Below, piece after piece: positions 1 through 9,324 of a stretch of 64,000 bases of DNA (position 1 is the first letter of the stretch; each line of letters begins with the position of its first letter). The notes beneath the pieces were generated by a model. It ran no database searches and was not told the DNA's origin. It worked only from the letters and a program-made list of their open reading frames with translations. The stretch is from NCBI GenBank assembly GCA_963749125.1, contig CAVVLL010000006.1:27409-91408 (forward strand), written 5' to 3'. The DNA comes from an uncultured bacterium. Its GTDB lineage: Bacteria > 4484-113. The position numbers and the translations under genes are program-made.

Positions 1-106
1 TCGTGGGCGCTGAAAGTCTCTATCGGCACTTTCTTGGCGAGCGTCTCTACTTGCTTGCGCAAGAGCAACTCGTCAGGCGATGTGATGAAGTATGCGGGCA
101 TCGCAG

Positions 107-934
107 CTACGATGTGAACTTGGGCTTGCGCTTCTCCATAAAAGCCTTAACGCCTTCAGCGCGATCGGGGCTGCTCCATAGCAGCCCGAAGCTCTCACTT
201 TCATAATTAAGCGCTTCAGACAGGGGGAGCTTCGCGCCTTTGATGACAGCACGCTTGGCGATCCGCAGGGCGTCTCCGCTCTTGCCTGCGAATGCAGCAA
301 GGAACTTGTTGGCGCCGGGCAGCAGCTCTTCCGGCTCAAATACGGCAGACACGAGGCCCCACTCAAGCGCGGTTTTCGCCGCGATGGGGTCGCCGGAGAG
401 CACCATTTGCAGCGCACGGGGCTGGCCTATAACGCGTTGGAGGCGCTGCGTTCCGCCCCAGCCGGGCATGAGCCCAAGGTTGATTTCAGGCAGCCCCAAT
501 CGCGCCTTTGTGCTCGCCACGCGGAAGTTGCAGGCAAGCGCTATCTCAAGGCCTCCACCAAGTGCAAGGCCATTGATCGCTGCGAGAGTGATGTAAGGCG
601 CATCTTCCAGCATTGAAAACACGCGGTGGCCCAGCGCCGACAGGTCATGCGCGGCGAATGTATCCAGAAAGGGAAATTGGCCTTTGATGTCCGCGCCGGT
701 CGAGAAAACGCGGTCGCCCGATGCGGTCAGGATAAGCGCGCGAATCTCGTTGTTTTGCTCGTAATGCTCCAATAAGTCGGCGAAGGTCATCACCAGCTGC
801 GGGCTAAACGAGTTGTACTTGTCGTCGTCCTTGTTAATCGTGACGGTGAGGACGCGGCTTTCGTCGTTGAATTCGATGTTGAAAAAGCGGTTTATATCCA
901 TACTTGTACCCCGATACAGGGACAATCTTATCAC
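107..934 (-). CDS. Enoyl-CoA hydratase/isomerase (crotonase family)
   Basis: Motifs FSTGADI, AINGLALGGGLEIALACNFR, LGLPEINLGLMPGWGGTQRL; likely start ATG at 901. Confidence 0.93.
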   Translation of the reverse strand: MIRLSLYRGTSMDINRFFNIEFNDESRVLTVTINKDDDKYNSFSPQLVMTFADLLEHYEQNNEIRALILTASGDRVFSTGADIKGQFPFLDTFAAHDLSALGHRVFSMLEDAPYITLAAINGLALGGGLEIALACNFRVASTKARLGLPEINLGLMPGWGGTQRLQRVIGQPRALQMVLSGDPIAAKTALEWGLVSAVFEPEELLPGANKFLAAFAGKSGDALRIAKRAVIKGAKLPLSEALNYESESFGLLWSSPDRAEGVKAFMEKRKPKFTS

Positions 935-1049
935 CTATATCCAGCATGGTGAAGGAGCAGCCCATGCTCGCTAAGTGAACATCCAACGAGTTTCGTGCAT
1001 CTACTAGGCGCCTGAAAGTGTTCAGGCTGGATGGTAAAATAGACCGTAT

Positions 1050-1785
1050 ATGACGAACATCATTCTAGCTATACTGCTGGTGCTATCCCAGGCGCTTGGG
1101 ATAGGCGGCGACGTTGACACTCAGATTGAGCAGGCTATGAAGGCCGAGCTGGGCAAGAAGGTTGAGGAAGTCAGCGTTGAGTCTCACGTTAACGAAGGCG
1201 CCCTGATGACGAAGGGCAAGATAGCCGTGATAGATTTTGACTTGAGAGGGCTTTGGATGAAGCCTGTGCGCGTGGAAGGAGCGCAGTTCCAGGTCAAGGA
1301 TATCCGCGTGGATTCCAGTAAGATACTTACAGGCAAAGCTGAGAAGTGCATACGCAGCATTGGCGATATCACGTTCAGGTTTGACTTCCTGCCGAAAGAC
1401 CTTACGCGCGCGCTGAAGCTGGACAGCCCGAATATCAAAGATCCCAAGGTCAGCATTGAAGGCGGCATGGTCGTGATTGAAGGCAAGTATCCGGTCGGGC
1501 CAATCGCAGTCCCATTCGTGGTCAAGGGCTGATTTAACATACGAGGGTGGGAGCCGTATCTATTACCGAATCCAACATGCGAAGATTGTGGGAGTTGGCC
1601 TGCCCGGCGGCATAAAGCAATCGATTGAAAACGAGCTGAACCCCATTTTTGATTTAGACAAATTCGAAGAGAACAAGAAAGAGGAGTTTGATATCTGCGA
1701 GGAGCTAATCGGGCGCAGGCTTAAGCTCGTGATTCGCCAAGTAATAGCAAGCGGCAACCGCATAATCATTACCGGCTCAATCTAG
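1050..1785 (+). CDS. DUF2993/LmeA-like exported protein, frameshifted near 1525-1530
   Basis: ORF 1050..1532 continues in ORF 1477..1785; removing one G from GTCAAGGGCTGATTTA gives V-K-A-D-L-T-Y-E-G-G; signal peptide; family assignment by general similarity. Confidence 0.6.
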
Positions 1786-1952
1786 AATTGCGCTCGCATA
1801 TTGCAGCATAAAGCAGGCGACCCAAACTGGCGCAGCCCTGAAACTGTAGGGCTTTTTACCTTCTATACCTTCCATTGGATAGGGTATAATCCAGCATCCA
1901 TTATTGAAGGTGCCGATCGTGAAGGCGGCATATCTCTAGGAGGTAGTGAACC

Positions 1953-4739
1953 TTGAAGAAGCATCTATACATGGTATTGCTTCTGGGTTTGCTGTTGGCA
2001 GCACTAACCGCTTGCGGCGGGGGAGGCGGCGGTTCACGCGCGCCTATCGCTCCGGTTAACCCCAGCGGTAATAACAACCAGCAGACGCCAGTGATTTTTG
2101 AGCCAGCTGAAGTAACGGTTCCGCTAGTGGCGGAATCGATCGGTGAAGTCGGCGGCGTTGTCGCGGACTTTCACGAAGTCCCTGTTCCAGACCTAGAGGT
2201 TTACCTCGACTTAACATCCAACGTCGTGTCATCCACCGACGAGGATGGTAACTTCCTCGCGTCAGGCGTCGCATCCGGCGACCACGACATTTCTATCGGC
2301 GTTGAAGGCGTCCAAATCGCAAGCTACCAAGTGGCTTACGATGCTTCCATGCCAATGAACCTGTCCATCTCGCCTATAGGATTGCGTACGGCTTCAGCCG
2401 AAGGCGACTTTGGAAGCTTGAAGGGAACCGTGAGCGACAGGGCGGGGATGGTAATAGCGGGTGTTCGCGTCTTGGTCTTTAACAATGAGCAGTTCTTCAT
2501 GTTCAAGGAGACCAACGGCGAAGGGCGCTACAACTTTGAGCGCCTTCCCGCAGGGCACTACGGCATTATCGGCTTTAAGCGCGGCTACCGGACGCATATC
2601 GGAGCCGTTGACGTTGCCGCGGGCGATCCCACCATCCACGACTTCGTGATGGATGGCATGCCGATAGGGCGCATAATAGGCGTCGTGCGCGACGGCGAAG
2701 AGAATCCGCTCCCACGCAGCCACGTGTTCTTGATGTACCGCGACCATGACGACGGCAGGGAACCGCCGTCATTCCACACGCTGACCAATGCGCGTGGCGA
2801 ATATGCGTTTGAGAACATACCCGCCGGCGCTGCCGACATGCTCGCGTTCCATCCTGAATACGAGCCTGACGACGCGGCAGTTAATGTCCCGCCGGAAGGT
2901 CAGATTATCCAGAACTTCATCCTGCACCGTATTGCGCCTCCGCCGCCTCCACCGCCAGACTTCGGCAACCTGTCCGGCAAAGTGTATAACGGCGAGCATG
3001 TGCCTATCGCAGGCGCGATAGTTGTGCTGGAGAGGCCTGACCTAAGGTTCACGGCTGAAACCAACAACGAAGGTTACTATCACTTCGCTGAGCTGCAAAC
3101 CGGACCTTATGCGTTCGTGGTGTCGGCTGAAGGTTACGAACCGGTTCATGGACAGCTGACGATACTGCCTGGCCAGAACATCAAGGACTTCTTCCTTGGC
3201 GTTCCTCCGCCGCCCAATTCGGGAAATATTGAAGGCACCGTGCTTTGGGCTGAAACAGGTGTGCCTGTCCCAGGTTCACACCTGGAATTGTGGGTTGTCC
3301 GGGACGACGGGACGATGCAAAAGATACGCGAAACTGAAAGCCGCGAGAACGGGCGTTTTGCATTCCTAGAAGTCCCCCCGGGACAGGGCATAATCAAGGC
3401 TTTCAAAGAAAACGCGTCGGGAACAGCGGAATTCAATCTTCCTCCCGGCGGCAACCTTGAAATCACCATCGGAATTTTCCAGCAGAATAATGAGTGGGCT
3501 GGCAAGATTGTAGGCCGCACCCGCATCGGCGATCCCAACAACCCCGACGGGTTCATCTATGTTCCGGGAACCGAAGTCAAGCTGTTCCTTGGTGAGCCGG
3601 AACCGATGAATCCTCCGATCGCCGTTACCGAGAGTAACGGCGACGCGTATTACGAATTCAAGAACCTTCCCCCGACGCATGATGGGCCGGATTACTGGGT
3701 CGTCGGCCACAAGCAAATGGAGAACGGTTTATTCGGCGGCATGAACCATACCGCGCTTGGCGAGAACGAGACGGTTGAGCTGCATATCACGATGGAGATG
3801 CTCCAGCCGCCCCCTTCCTCAAAAATCCACGGCTATGTGTTCATCGGCGAAACCGATCCGCCGGTAAAAGTAGCAGGCGCTTCGGTGAAGCTGTTCCACG
3901 GCGAACCGGGCCCGAACAACCCGCCGATACGGCAGACTACCAGCGGGGATAATGGATACTATGCATTCCCTGAGCTTCCGCCAAGCGGCGATAAGAAGTA
4001 CTTCGTCTGTGCTTCAAAGGTCATTGAAGGTATCGAGCATTCGGGGATAGTGAACACCTTACTTGGCGAGAATGAGGCCAAGACGATTAATGTTCCCATC
4101 TTCAGGTCGGATCCTCCGCCGATGACAGCGAAGATTCACGGCCACATATTCATCGGCGAGACCGACCCGCCGGCATGGGTCGTTGGGGCATCGGTGAAGC
4201 TGTTCCATGGCGAGCCCGGGCCGGATAACCCACCGCTTCGCACAACGACAAGCGGCGACAACGGCTACTACGCATTTCCTGAACTCGCGCCTAGCGGTAA
4301 CAAGCCATACTTTGTGCTTGCTTCCAAGATGATTGAAGGCGTCGAGTATTCAGGAGCCGTTCAGACTGAACTCGCCGAAGGCCAGGCCAAGATCGTCAAC
4401 GTGCCCATCTTCCCTGGTCAGCCGCCTGACGGCTGCGCTATCCACGGGCTAATCAAGCACGTTAACCCGGAGGATCCCAACCTACCGCCGCTTTTCGTTC
4501 CTGGCGCGCTGGTGAAGCTTTATTTGGGTGACCCCGAGGGGAACGAGCCTATCGCCATCACTGAGAGCAACGCGCAAGGGCAATACGTTTTCCCCAACCT
4601 TGAGCCTACGGCCGACCTGCCGTATCACATCGTCGCATCCAAGTCGATCGAAGAGGTGCTGTTCACAGGCAGGGAGTCCACCTATCTTGAACCCGGCCAG
4701 AACAAAGAGCTGCACATAATGATCTGGCCTCCTGATTAA
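1953..4739 (+). CDS. Large surface lipoprotein with tandem carboxypeptidase-regulatory-like beta-sandwich repeats
   Basis: Lipobox LTAC followed by Gly run; repeated G-x-I-x-G-x-V ... GA-x-V ... T-x-x-x-G-x-Y-x-F units separated by Pro-rich linkers; TTG start with AGGAGG at 1938-1943. Confidence 0.8.
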   Translation: MKKHLYMVLLLGLLLAALTACGGGGGGSRAPIAPVNPSGNNNQQTPVIFEPAEVTVPLVAESIGEVGGVVADFHEVPVPDLEVYLDLTSNVVSSTDEDGNFLASGVASGDHDISIGVEGVQIASYQVAYDASMPMNLSISPIGLRTASAEGDFGSLKGTVSDRAGMVIAGVRVLVFNNEQFFMFKETNGEGRYNFERLPAGHYGIIGFKRGYRTHIGAVDVAAGDPTIHDFVMDGMPIGRIIGVVRDGEENPLPRSHVFLMYRDHDDGREPPSFHTLTNARGEYAFENIPAGAADMLAFHPEYEPDDAAVNVPPEGQIIQNFILHRIAPPPPPPPDFGNLSGKVYNGEHVPIAGAIVVLERPDLRFTAETNNEGYYHFAELQTGPYAFVVSAEGYEPVHGQLTILPGQNIKDFFLGVPPPPNSGNIEGTVLWAETGVPVPGSHLELWVVRDDGTMQKIRETESRENGRFAFLEVPPGQGIIKAFKENASGTAEFNLPPGGNLEITIGIFQQNNEWAGKIVGRTRIGDPNNPDGFIYVPGTEVKLFLGEPEPMNPPIAVTESNGDAYYEFKNLPPTHDGPDYWVVGHKQMENGLFGGMNHTALGENETVELHITMEMLQPPPSSKIHGYVFIGETDPPVKVAGASVKLFHGEPGPNNPPIRQTTSGDNGYYAFPELPPSGDKKYFVCASKVIEGIEHSGIVNTLLGENEAKTINVPIFRSDPPPMTAKIHGHIFIGETDPPAWVVGASVKLFHGEPGPDNPPLRTTTSGDNGYYAFPELAPSGNKPYFVLASKMIEGVEYSGAVQTELAEGQAKIVNVPIFPGQPPDGCAIHGLIKHVNPEDPNLPPLFVPGALVKLYLGDPEGNEPIAITESNAQGQYVFPNLEPTADLPYHIVASKSIEEVLFTGRESTYLEPGQNKELHIMIWPPD
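3822..4412 (+). repeat. Two intragenic ~282-bp tandem repeat units (3822-4103, 4131-4412)
   Basis: KIHGYVFIGETDPP...SVKLFHGEPGPNNPP...TSGDNGYYAFPEL vs KIHGHIFIGETDPP...SVKLFHGEPGPDNPP...TSGDNGYYAFPEL. Confidence 0.9.
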
Positions 4740-4761
4740 ATAGGGGCCGAATTTTAAGCGT

Positions 4762-4800
4762 AACAGGCAAAGGCCCGCTTTGGCGGGCCTTCCTGTTTTT
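4762..4800 (+). terminator. Intrinsic terminator after the lipoprotein gene
   Basis: AAGGCCCGC-TTTG-GCGGGCCTT stem, extended by AACAGG/CCTGTT, then TTTTT. Confidence 0.85.
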
Positions 4801-4827
4801 TAGGGGTGAATTGGGGCTAAATCCAGC

Positions 4828-5415
4828 GTGTTGTGCTACAATTTGAATCTGCTGAATCCTATCTGGAGGGGTATTACTATGAAAGAGGATGGACGCATAA
4901 TTGCATTCAGCGCCGGTATTTTGTTCCTTCGCCTCGCGCTAGGCATCGTCCTTACCGCACGTGGTGCACTGATCCTGTTCAACTGGTGGACAGGCCAGGG
5001 CATGGCGGCGTACTCCGACTACCTTGAGATGAACGGCCTCAACTTCTTCCCTGGCTCGGACATCTGGGCTTGGGTTATCGGATTGGTGCAGTTCGTCGGC
5101 GGTATCCTGCTGCTTTTCGGCCTGCTTACAAGGCTCAGCGCGCTACTGAACGTCATTATCCTACTCGTGCTAATGAGCTTCACGGAATGGGCATCGGGCT
5201 ATTTCATCGTTCTCTACGCCCTTACCGAGCCGGGCTCTGTGGACTTCCAGGGCGGCGTTGAGTATTCGCTCTTGATCGCAGGTGCGTGCTTCGCGCTGTT
5301 CCTTACCGGAGCAGGAAAGTACTCACTCGATTCCGGCTTTGCGCCTAAACAGCCGAAGCAGAAGGTGCCTCGGAAGAGGAAAGAAGCCAAAGCCGAATCT
5401 AAGATGGGCGAGTAA
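4828..5415 (+). CDS. DoxX family membrane protein
   Basis: LFLRLALG, LGLLTRLSA, GGVEYSLL, GAGKYSLD motifs; likely start ATG 4879 with GGAGG RBS. Confidence 0.85.
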   Translation: MLCYNLNLLNPIWRGITMKEDGRIIAFSAGILFLRLALGIVLTARGALILFNWWTGQGMAAYSDYLEMNGLNFFPGSDIWAWVIGLVQFVGGILLLFGLLTRLSALLNVIILLVLMSFTEWASGYFIVLYALTEPGSVDFQGGVEYSLLIAGACFALFLTGAGKYSLDSGFAPKQPKQKVPRKRKEAKAESKMGE

Positions 5416-5436
5416 GCTCACTAATCGTTCCGACCG

Positions 5437-6267
5437 TTATGGATAGCGGGCAGACAGTTCGCGCACCATTTGTGCGTTGAGCTTATGCCCGCTTTTCACA
5501 CCTATGAACCTCGCGCGGACGCGGGCGCCCAGCACATACAAGTCGCCCATCATGTCCAGTATCTTATGGCGAGCCAACTCGCCAGCCATGCGCAGGACAG
5601 GACGCTGCCCCTCTCGTATCACAAGCCCCAGCTTCTCGTCGGTGGAGCGTATTTTCCCTGCATCTAGCGCAACTCTAGCTTCCTCTTCCATGATAAATGT
5701 CCTCGCAGGAAGCAGAGTGCTTAGCAAGTCGTCACTGTCCGATTTTACAGATGCGAAGGAGCAACCAATCTCAGGATTTTGGCTGTAATCTAGCAGATAC
5801 TCAAAGACAGGAGAATCGAAAGGCAGCGCGAGGATGAACGACCCGTCGGGGCTCGTCACGTGCACCGGCTGCTTTAGGACAATTAGCTTGGTAGGCTTAT
5901 CCTGTTCGCATATGCCGGCGTTCTTCATCGCCTCAGCCCAAGGCAGCGAGCTTCCATCGCACGTAGGCATTTCAAGGCCGCTCAAACTGACTTTGAGATT
6001 GGTCACGCCCAAGGCGAAGCATGCAGCCAGCAAGTGCTCAACGACTATAACTTTGGCATCGCCGTTTCGCAGAGTGGTGCAGTGTTCTACAGAGACCTGA
6101 GCGCGGGGATGAACCGGTATTTCGGGTGCACCTTCCAAGTCGGTTCGCACGAATCGTATGCCTTCATCTACGCCGGCGGGCGTCAGCGTGACTTGAACCC
6201 GCTGGTCGCAAATAAAGCCTCTGCCCGATAGAGTGCATTCACGCTCAATTGTCTTCTGAAGCGCCAT
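5437..6267 (-). CDS. lpxC: UDP-3-O-acyl-N-acetylglucosamine deacetylase
   Basis: QKTI start, VEHLLAA and HKILDMMGDL zinc motifs, SGHKLN. Confidence 0.93.
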   Translation of the reverse strand: MALQKTIERECTLSGRGFICDQRVQVTLTPAGVDEGIRFVRTDLEGAPEIPVHPRAQVSVEHCTTLRNGDAKVIVVEHLLAACFALGVTNLKVSLSGLEMPTCDGSSLPWAEAMKNAGICEQDKPTKLIVLKQPVHVTSPDGSFILALPFDSPVFEYLLDYSQNPEIGCSFASVKSDSDDLLSTLLPARTFIMEEEARVALDAGKIRSTDEKLGLVIREGQRPVLRMAGELARHKILDMMGDLYVLGARVRARFIGVKSGHKLNAQMVRELSARYP

Positions 6268-6307
6268 GTGCCAGCCATTACTTTAGCACAGGTGAAGGTA
6301 GCCCAAG

Positions 6308-6316
6308 TGGTATAAT
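6308..6316 (+). promoter_or_regulatory. Extended -10 promoter (TG-G-TATAAT) of panBCD
   Basis: TGGTATAAT, about 115 nt upstream of the panB ATG at 6433. Confidence 0.7.
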
Positions 6317-6320
6317 ACTT

Positions 6321-6426
6321 CAGGCCGCTTGGAGCCAATAGGGACCGAGACGGTGTGCAAAAGCTGATTCGCTTCTGCCGGCGGGAAACCGCCCCGTCCT
6401 GCTTTTCCCAAATGCTCCAGCGCCTG
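6321..6426 (+). ncRNA. Candidate structured 5' leader of panBCD
   Basis: End-to-end pairing CAGG/CCTG, CGC/GCG, TGGAGC/GCTCCA, GGGA/TCCC, GACGG/CCGTC; internal GGCGG-GAAA-CCGCC and AAGC-TGATTC-GCTT hairpins. Confidence 0.5.
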
Positions 6427-6432
6427 TGGATT

Positions 6433-7296
6433 ATGGCATTTAACCAGATACATGAATTGCGGCGGAAGAAGGAGCGCGGTGAACCTATCGTCTCCATAAC
6501 CGCTTACGACTTGTTCACGGCAAAGCTCGCCCAGAGCGCATGCGTGGACTTTGTGCTCGTTGGCGACTCCATGGGTAATGTTATCCAGGGGCACGAGACA
6601 ACCGTGCCGGTCACGCTGGAAGACGTCATTTACCACGCTAAGATTGTGGTGTCTAACATCCAGGACATCCTCATCGTTGGAGACATGCCCTTCGGCACGT
6701 TCAAGGTCAGCGCCGATGAGACGGTGCACAATGCACTGCGCCTGTTCAAGGAAACGGGTTGCGGCGCCGTGAAGATGGAAGGCGCGGATGAAACCAACCT
6801 AGAGGCGATACAAAGGCTCATCAAGCTAGGCATACCCGTCATGGGCCATCTAGGCCTATTGCCACAGCGGGTTCATGCTACCGGCGGATACACGATTCAA
6901 GGGAAGAGCGAAGGGTCGCGTTCACGCCTGCTTGCCGAAGCAAAGGCGCTGGAAGCTGCAGGCGCGTTCGCTATTGTGCTTGAATGCGTTGAAGGCCATA
7001 CCGCGGAGTTGATTACTCAAGCAGTGAAAACGCTGACCATCGGCATTGGCAGCGGGCCGGGCACTGATGGCCAGATATTGGTCATTCACGATGCGCTGGG
7101 GATGCAAGCGCGTTACATGCCGAAGTTCGCGCGAAAGTTCGCAAACTTGTTTGATGAAGGCGCGAAAGGCCTGAAAGAATACGCCGACGCTGTCCGTGCT
7201 GGAAGCTTCCCTGGCGCGTCCGAATATACGCTCGTGCCGCAGAAAGCAGAGCTGCAGGTTGAAGATGAAAGCAAAGAAGGGGCGAAACCCGCGTAA
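6433..7296 (+). CDS. panB: 3-methyl-2-oxobutanoate hydroxymethyltransferase
   Basis: ITAYD, LVGDSMG, VGDMPFG, VKMEG, GHLGLLPQ, IGIGSG motifs (track ORF 6355..7296). Confidence 0.97.
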   Translation: MAFNQIHELRRKKERGEPIVSITAYDLFTAKLAQSACVDFVLVGDSMGNVIQGHETTVPVTLEDVIYHAKIVVSNIQDILIVGDMPFGTFKVSADETVHNALRLFKETGCGAVKMEGADETNLEAIQRLIKLGIPVMGHLGLLPQRVHATGGYTIQGKSEGSRSRLLAEAKALEAAGAFAIVLECVEGHTAELITQAVKTLTIGIGSGPGTDGQILVIHDALGMQARYMPKFARKFANLFDEGAKGLKEYADAVRAGSFPGASEYTLVPQKAELQVEDESKEGAKPA

Positions 7297-7297
7297 C

Positions 7298-8164
7298 ATG
7301 GAGATCATCAACTCAATAGAAGAATTCCGCGCCGCTAGGCTCAACCGCTGCTGCGAGGTGGCGCATGCGAACACCGCCAGGCCACTCGTCGGTTTCGTGC
7401 CGACGATGGGTAATCTCCATGAAGGCCATTGCTCGCTTATGCGCAGGATGCATGACGAGTGCAGCGTGCGCATAGCTTCCATCTTCGTCAACCCGGCGCA
7501 GTTCGGGCCGTCCGAAGACTTCGCAAGATACCCGAGAACGCTAGAAGCCGACCTGGAGAAATGCGAGCAGGCGGGAGTGGACATTGTCTTCGCCCCGAGT
7601 GACGGCGAGATGTATCCTCCAGGCCACTGCACCGAAGTGAAGGTCAGCAGGATCACGGAAGAGTATTGCGGGTTGATGCGCCCCGGGCATTTTAACGGCG
7701 TATCGCTGGTAGTTGCTAAGCTGTTCAACATCCTGCAGCCGGACATCGCCTACTTCGGGCAGAAGGATTACCAGCAGCTTCGGGTAATACAACAGATGGT
7801 GCAAGACCTGAACTTCCAGCTTCAAGTGGCGATGTGCCCGACAGTAAGGGAGGAAAGCGGGCTGGCGATGTCATCCCGCAACTCCTATCTTACGGCCGAG
7901 CAGCGCGCGCAAGCCAGTTCCATCTATGCAGGCCTTAAGTCGGCTGGAGAAGCATTCAATGCTGGCGAGCGCAAGGGAGAAACGCTCAAGGCGTGGGTGC
8001 GCTCGCAGCTCGACGCGCAAGCGCGCCTGGAATATCTAGAAATTGCCGATGGCGAGACGTTGGAACCGCGTGCATCCGCCGGTGATGGAGACGTTGTTTT
8101 GTTAGCCGCCAGGCTTGGGACGACGCGGCTGATTGATAACATTATTCTAAGGGCGAGGGAATAG
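7298..8164 (+). CDS. panC: Pantoate--beta-alanine ligase
   Basis: GFVPTMGNLHEGH, SIFVNPAQF, RPGHFNGV, FGQKDYQQ, GLAMSSRN, RLIDN (track ORF 7196..8164). Confidence 0.97.
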   Translation: MEIINSIEEFRAARLNRCCEVAHANTARPLVGFVPTMGNLHEGHCSLMRRMHDECSVRIASIFVNPAQFGPSEDFARYPRTLEADLEKCEQAGVDIVFAPSDGEMYPPGHCTEVKVSRITEEYCGLMRPGHFNGVSLVVAKLFNILQPDIAYFGQKDYQQLRVIQQMVQDLNFQLQVAMCPTVREESGLAMSSRNSYLTAEQRAQASSIYAGLKSAGEAFNAGERKGETLKAWVRSQLDAQARLEYLEIADGETLEPRASAGDGDVVLLAARLGTTRLIDNIILRARE

Positions 8165-8165
8165 G

Positions 8166-8525
8166 ATGCTTGTAAGGATACTGAAATCCAAGCTGCATGC
8201 GGCGGTAGTGACCGAGGCTAACATCGAGTATATGGGCAGCATCACTATCTCCAAGGACATCCTTGAAGCATCAGGCTTGATGCCATACGAAGAAGTGCAC
8301 TGCTCCAACTTCAGGAACGGCGACAGATGGACGACTTACATCATCGCCACAGACAAGCCAGGCGTCATAGGCTTGAACGGGCCGGCGGCGCACTTGGGTA
8401 AGGAAGGCGACCGGATAGTCGTCATGGCTTACGGATTGATGACGGAAGACGATGCCAAGTTCCACCAGCCGAAGATACTGGTATTTGATGAGAACAACCA
8501 AATTGTGAAACGCTCAAAGGTGTAG
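8166..8525 (+). CDS. panD: Aspartate 1-decarboxylase
   Basis: LKSKLH, YMGSITI autocleavage site, TTYII, IGLNGPAAH. Confidence 0.96.
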   Translation: MLVRILKSKLHAAVVTEANIEYMGSITISKDILEASGLMPYEEVHCSNFRNGDRWTTYIIATDKPGVIGLNGPAAHLGKEGDRIVVMAYGLMTEDDAKFHQPKILVFDENNQIVKRSKV

Positions 8526-8654
8526 CGTGTTTAGCCAGCTGGGCTGATGACGCAGCGAAAAGTTACTGGCTGAAGCCTGCAACATGCCGCTGAATCTGAT
8601 AAAATAATAGTGCGTGGCAATGCAACGCTTTGCTCTGAAAGGAGGAACATACTA

Positions 8655-9206
8655 GTGAATGTAACCGTCAAGGGCAAGAACTTTGATGTTTCGGAGCGTC
8701 TTAAAGATTACGGAGAACGCAAGCTTAGCAAACTGGAAAACCACTTCAGCCACATCATTTCCGCAGACCTGGAATTCGCCGACGAAGCGGGAGGTAAGAA
8801 GCAAAACGCACGCAAAGTTGAAGTGACCTTAAACACCGCAGGCCAGGTTATAAGGGCCGAAGAACTAGGCGGCTCTTTTTACGCGGGAGTTGATTCGGTC
8901 GTGGAAAAGCTTGAGCGCCAGCTCAAGAAATTCAAGATGCGGCGGATTGATAACCGCCGTGGCGATGGTGGTGATGGCTTCACCGAGGTTCCCGTCCCGC
9001 AGGCTGATGAAACCCACCACATCATCCGCGTTAAGAAATTTGGGTTGAAACCGATGAGCCCTGAAGAGGCAGTAATGCAACTAGACCTCTCAGGCCATGA
9101 CTTTTACGTATTCCGCAACTCGCGCACTGACGGCGTTGCCGTCGTTTACAGGAGAAACTCAGGTGGTTTTGGGCTGCTAGTGCCTGATGAAGGCGACCTG
9201 GATTAG
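8655..9206 (+). CDS. hpf: Ribosome hibernation promoting factor, long form
   Basis: GKNFDVSERLKDY, D..VEKLERQLKKFK, C-terminal KPMSPEEAVMQLDLSGHDFYVF; GTG start after GGAGG (track ORF 8610..9206). Confidence 0.93.
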   Translation: MNVTVKGKNFDVSERLKDYGERKLSKLENHFSHIISADLEFADEAGGKKQNARKVEVTLNTAGQVIRAEELGGSFYAGVDSVVEKLERQLKKFKMRRIDNRRGDGGDGFTEVPVPQADETHHIIRVKKFGLKPMSPEEAVMQLDLSGHDFYVFRNSRTDGVAVVYRRNSGGFGLLVPDEGDLD

Positions 9207-9324
9207 GCCGCAATCCGCGTTCCTATGATGAGGTTCGAAGTTTAGGGCACGGCGATGCCTGAGTCGCCTCTTTCGTGGTAAAATAAATGGATTGGACTAT
9301 TACGTTTCTTTCGGGGGAAACCGA

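Noticed and set aside
1520-1535. Programmed ribosomal frameshift in the DUF2993-like gene (and the other split genes)
   Set aside because: No heptameric slippery site or stimulatory structure recognised; the many similar breaks point to sequencing error.
8526-8654. raiA RNA motif upstream of hpf
   Set aside because: The gap is short, contains the promoter and RBS, and shows no extended structure.
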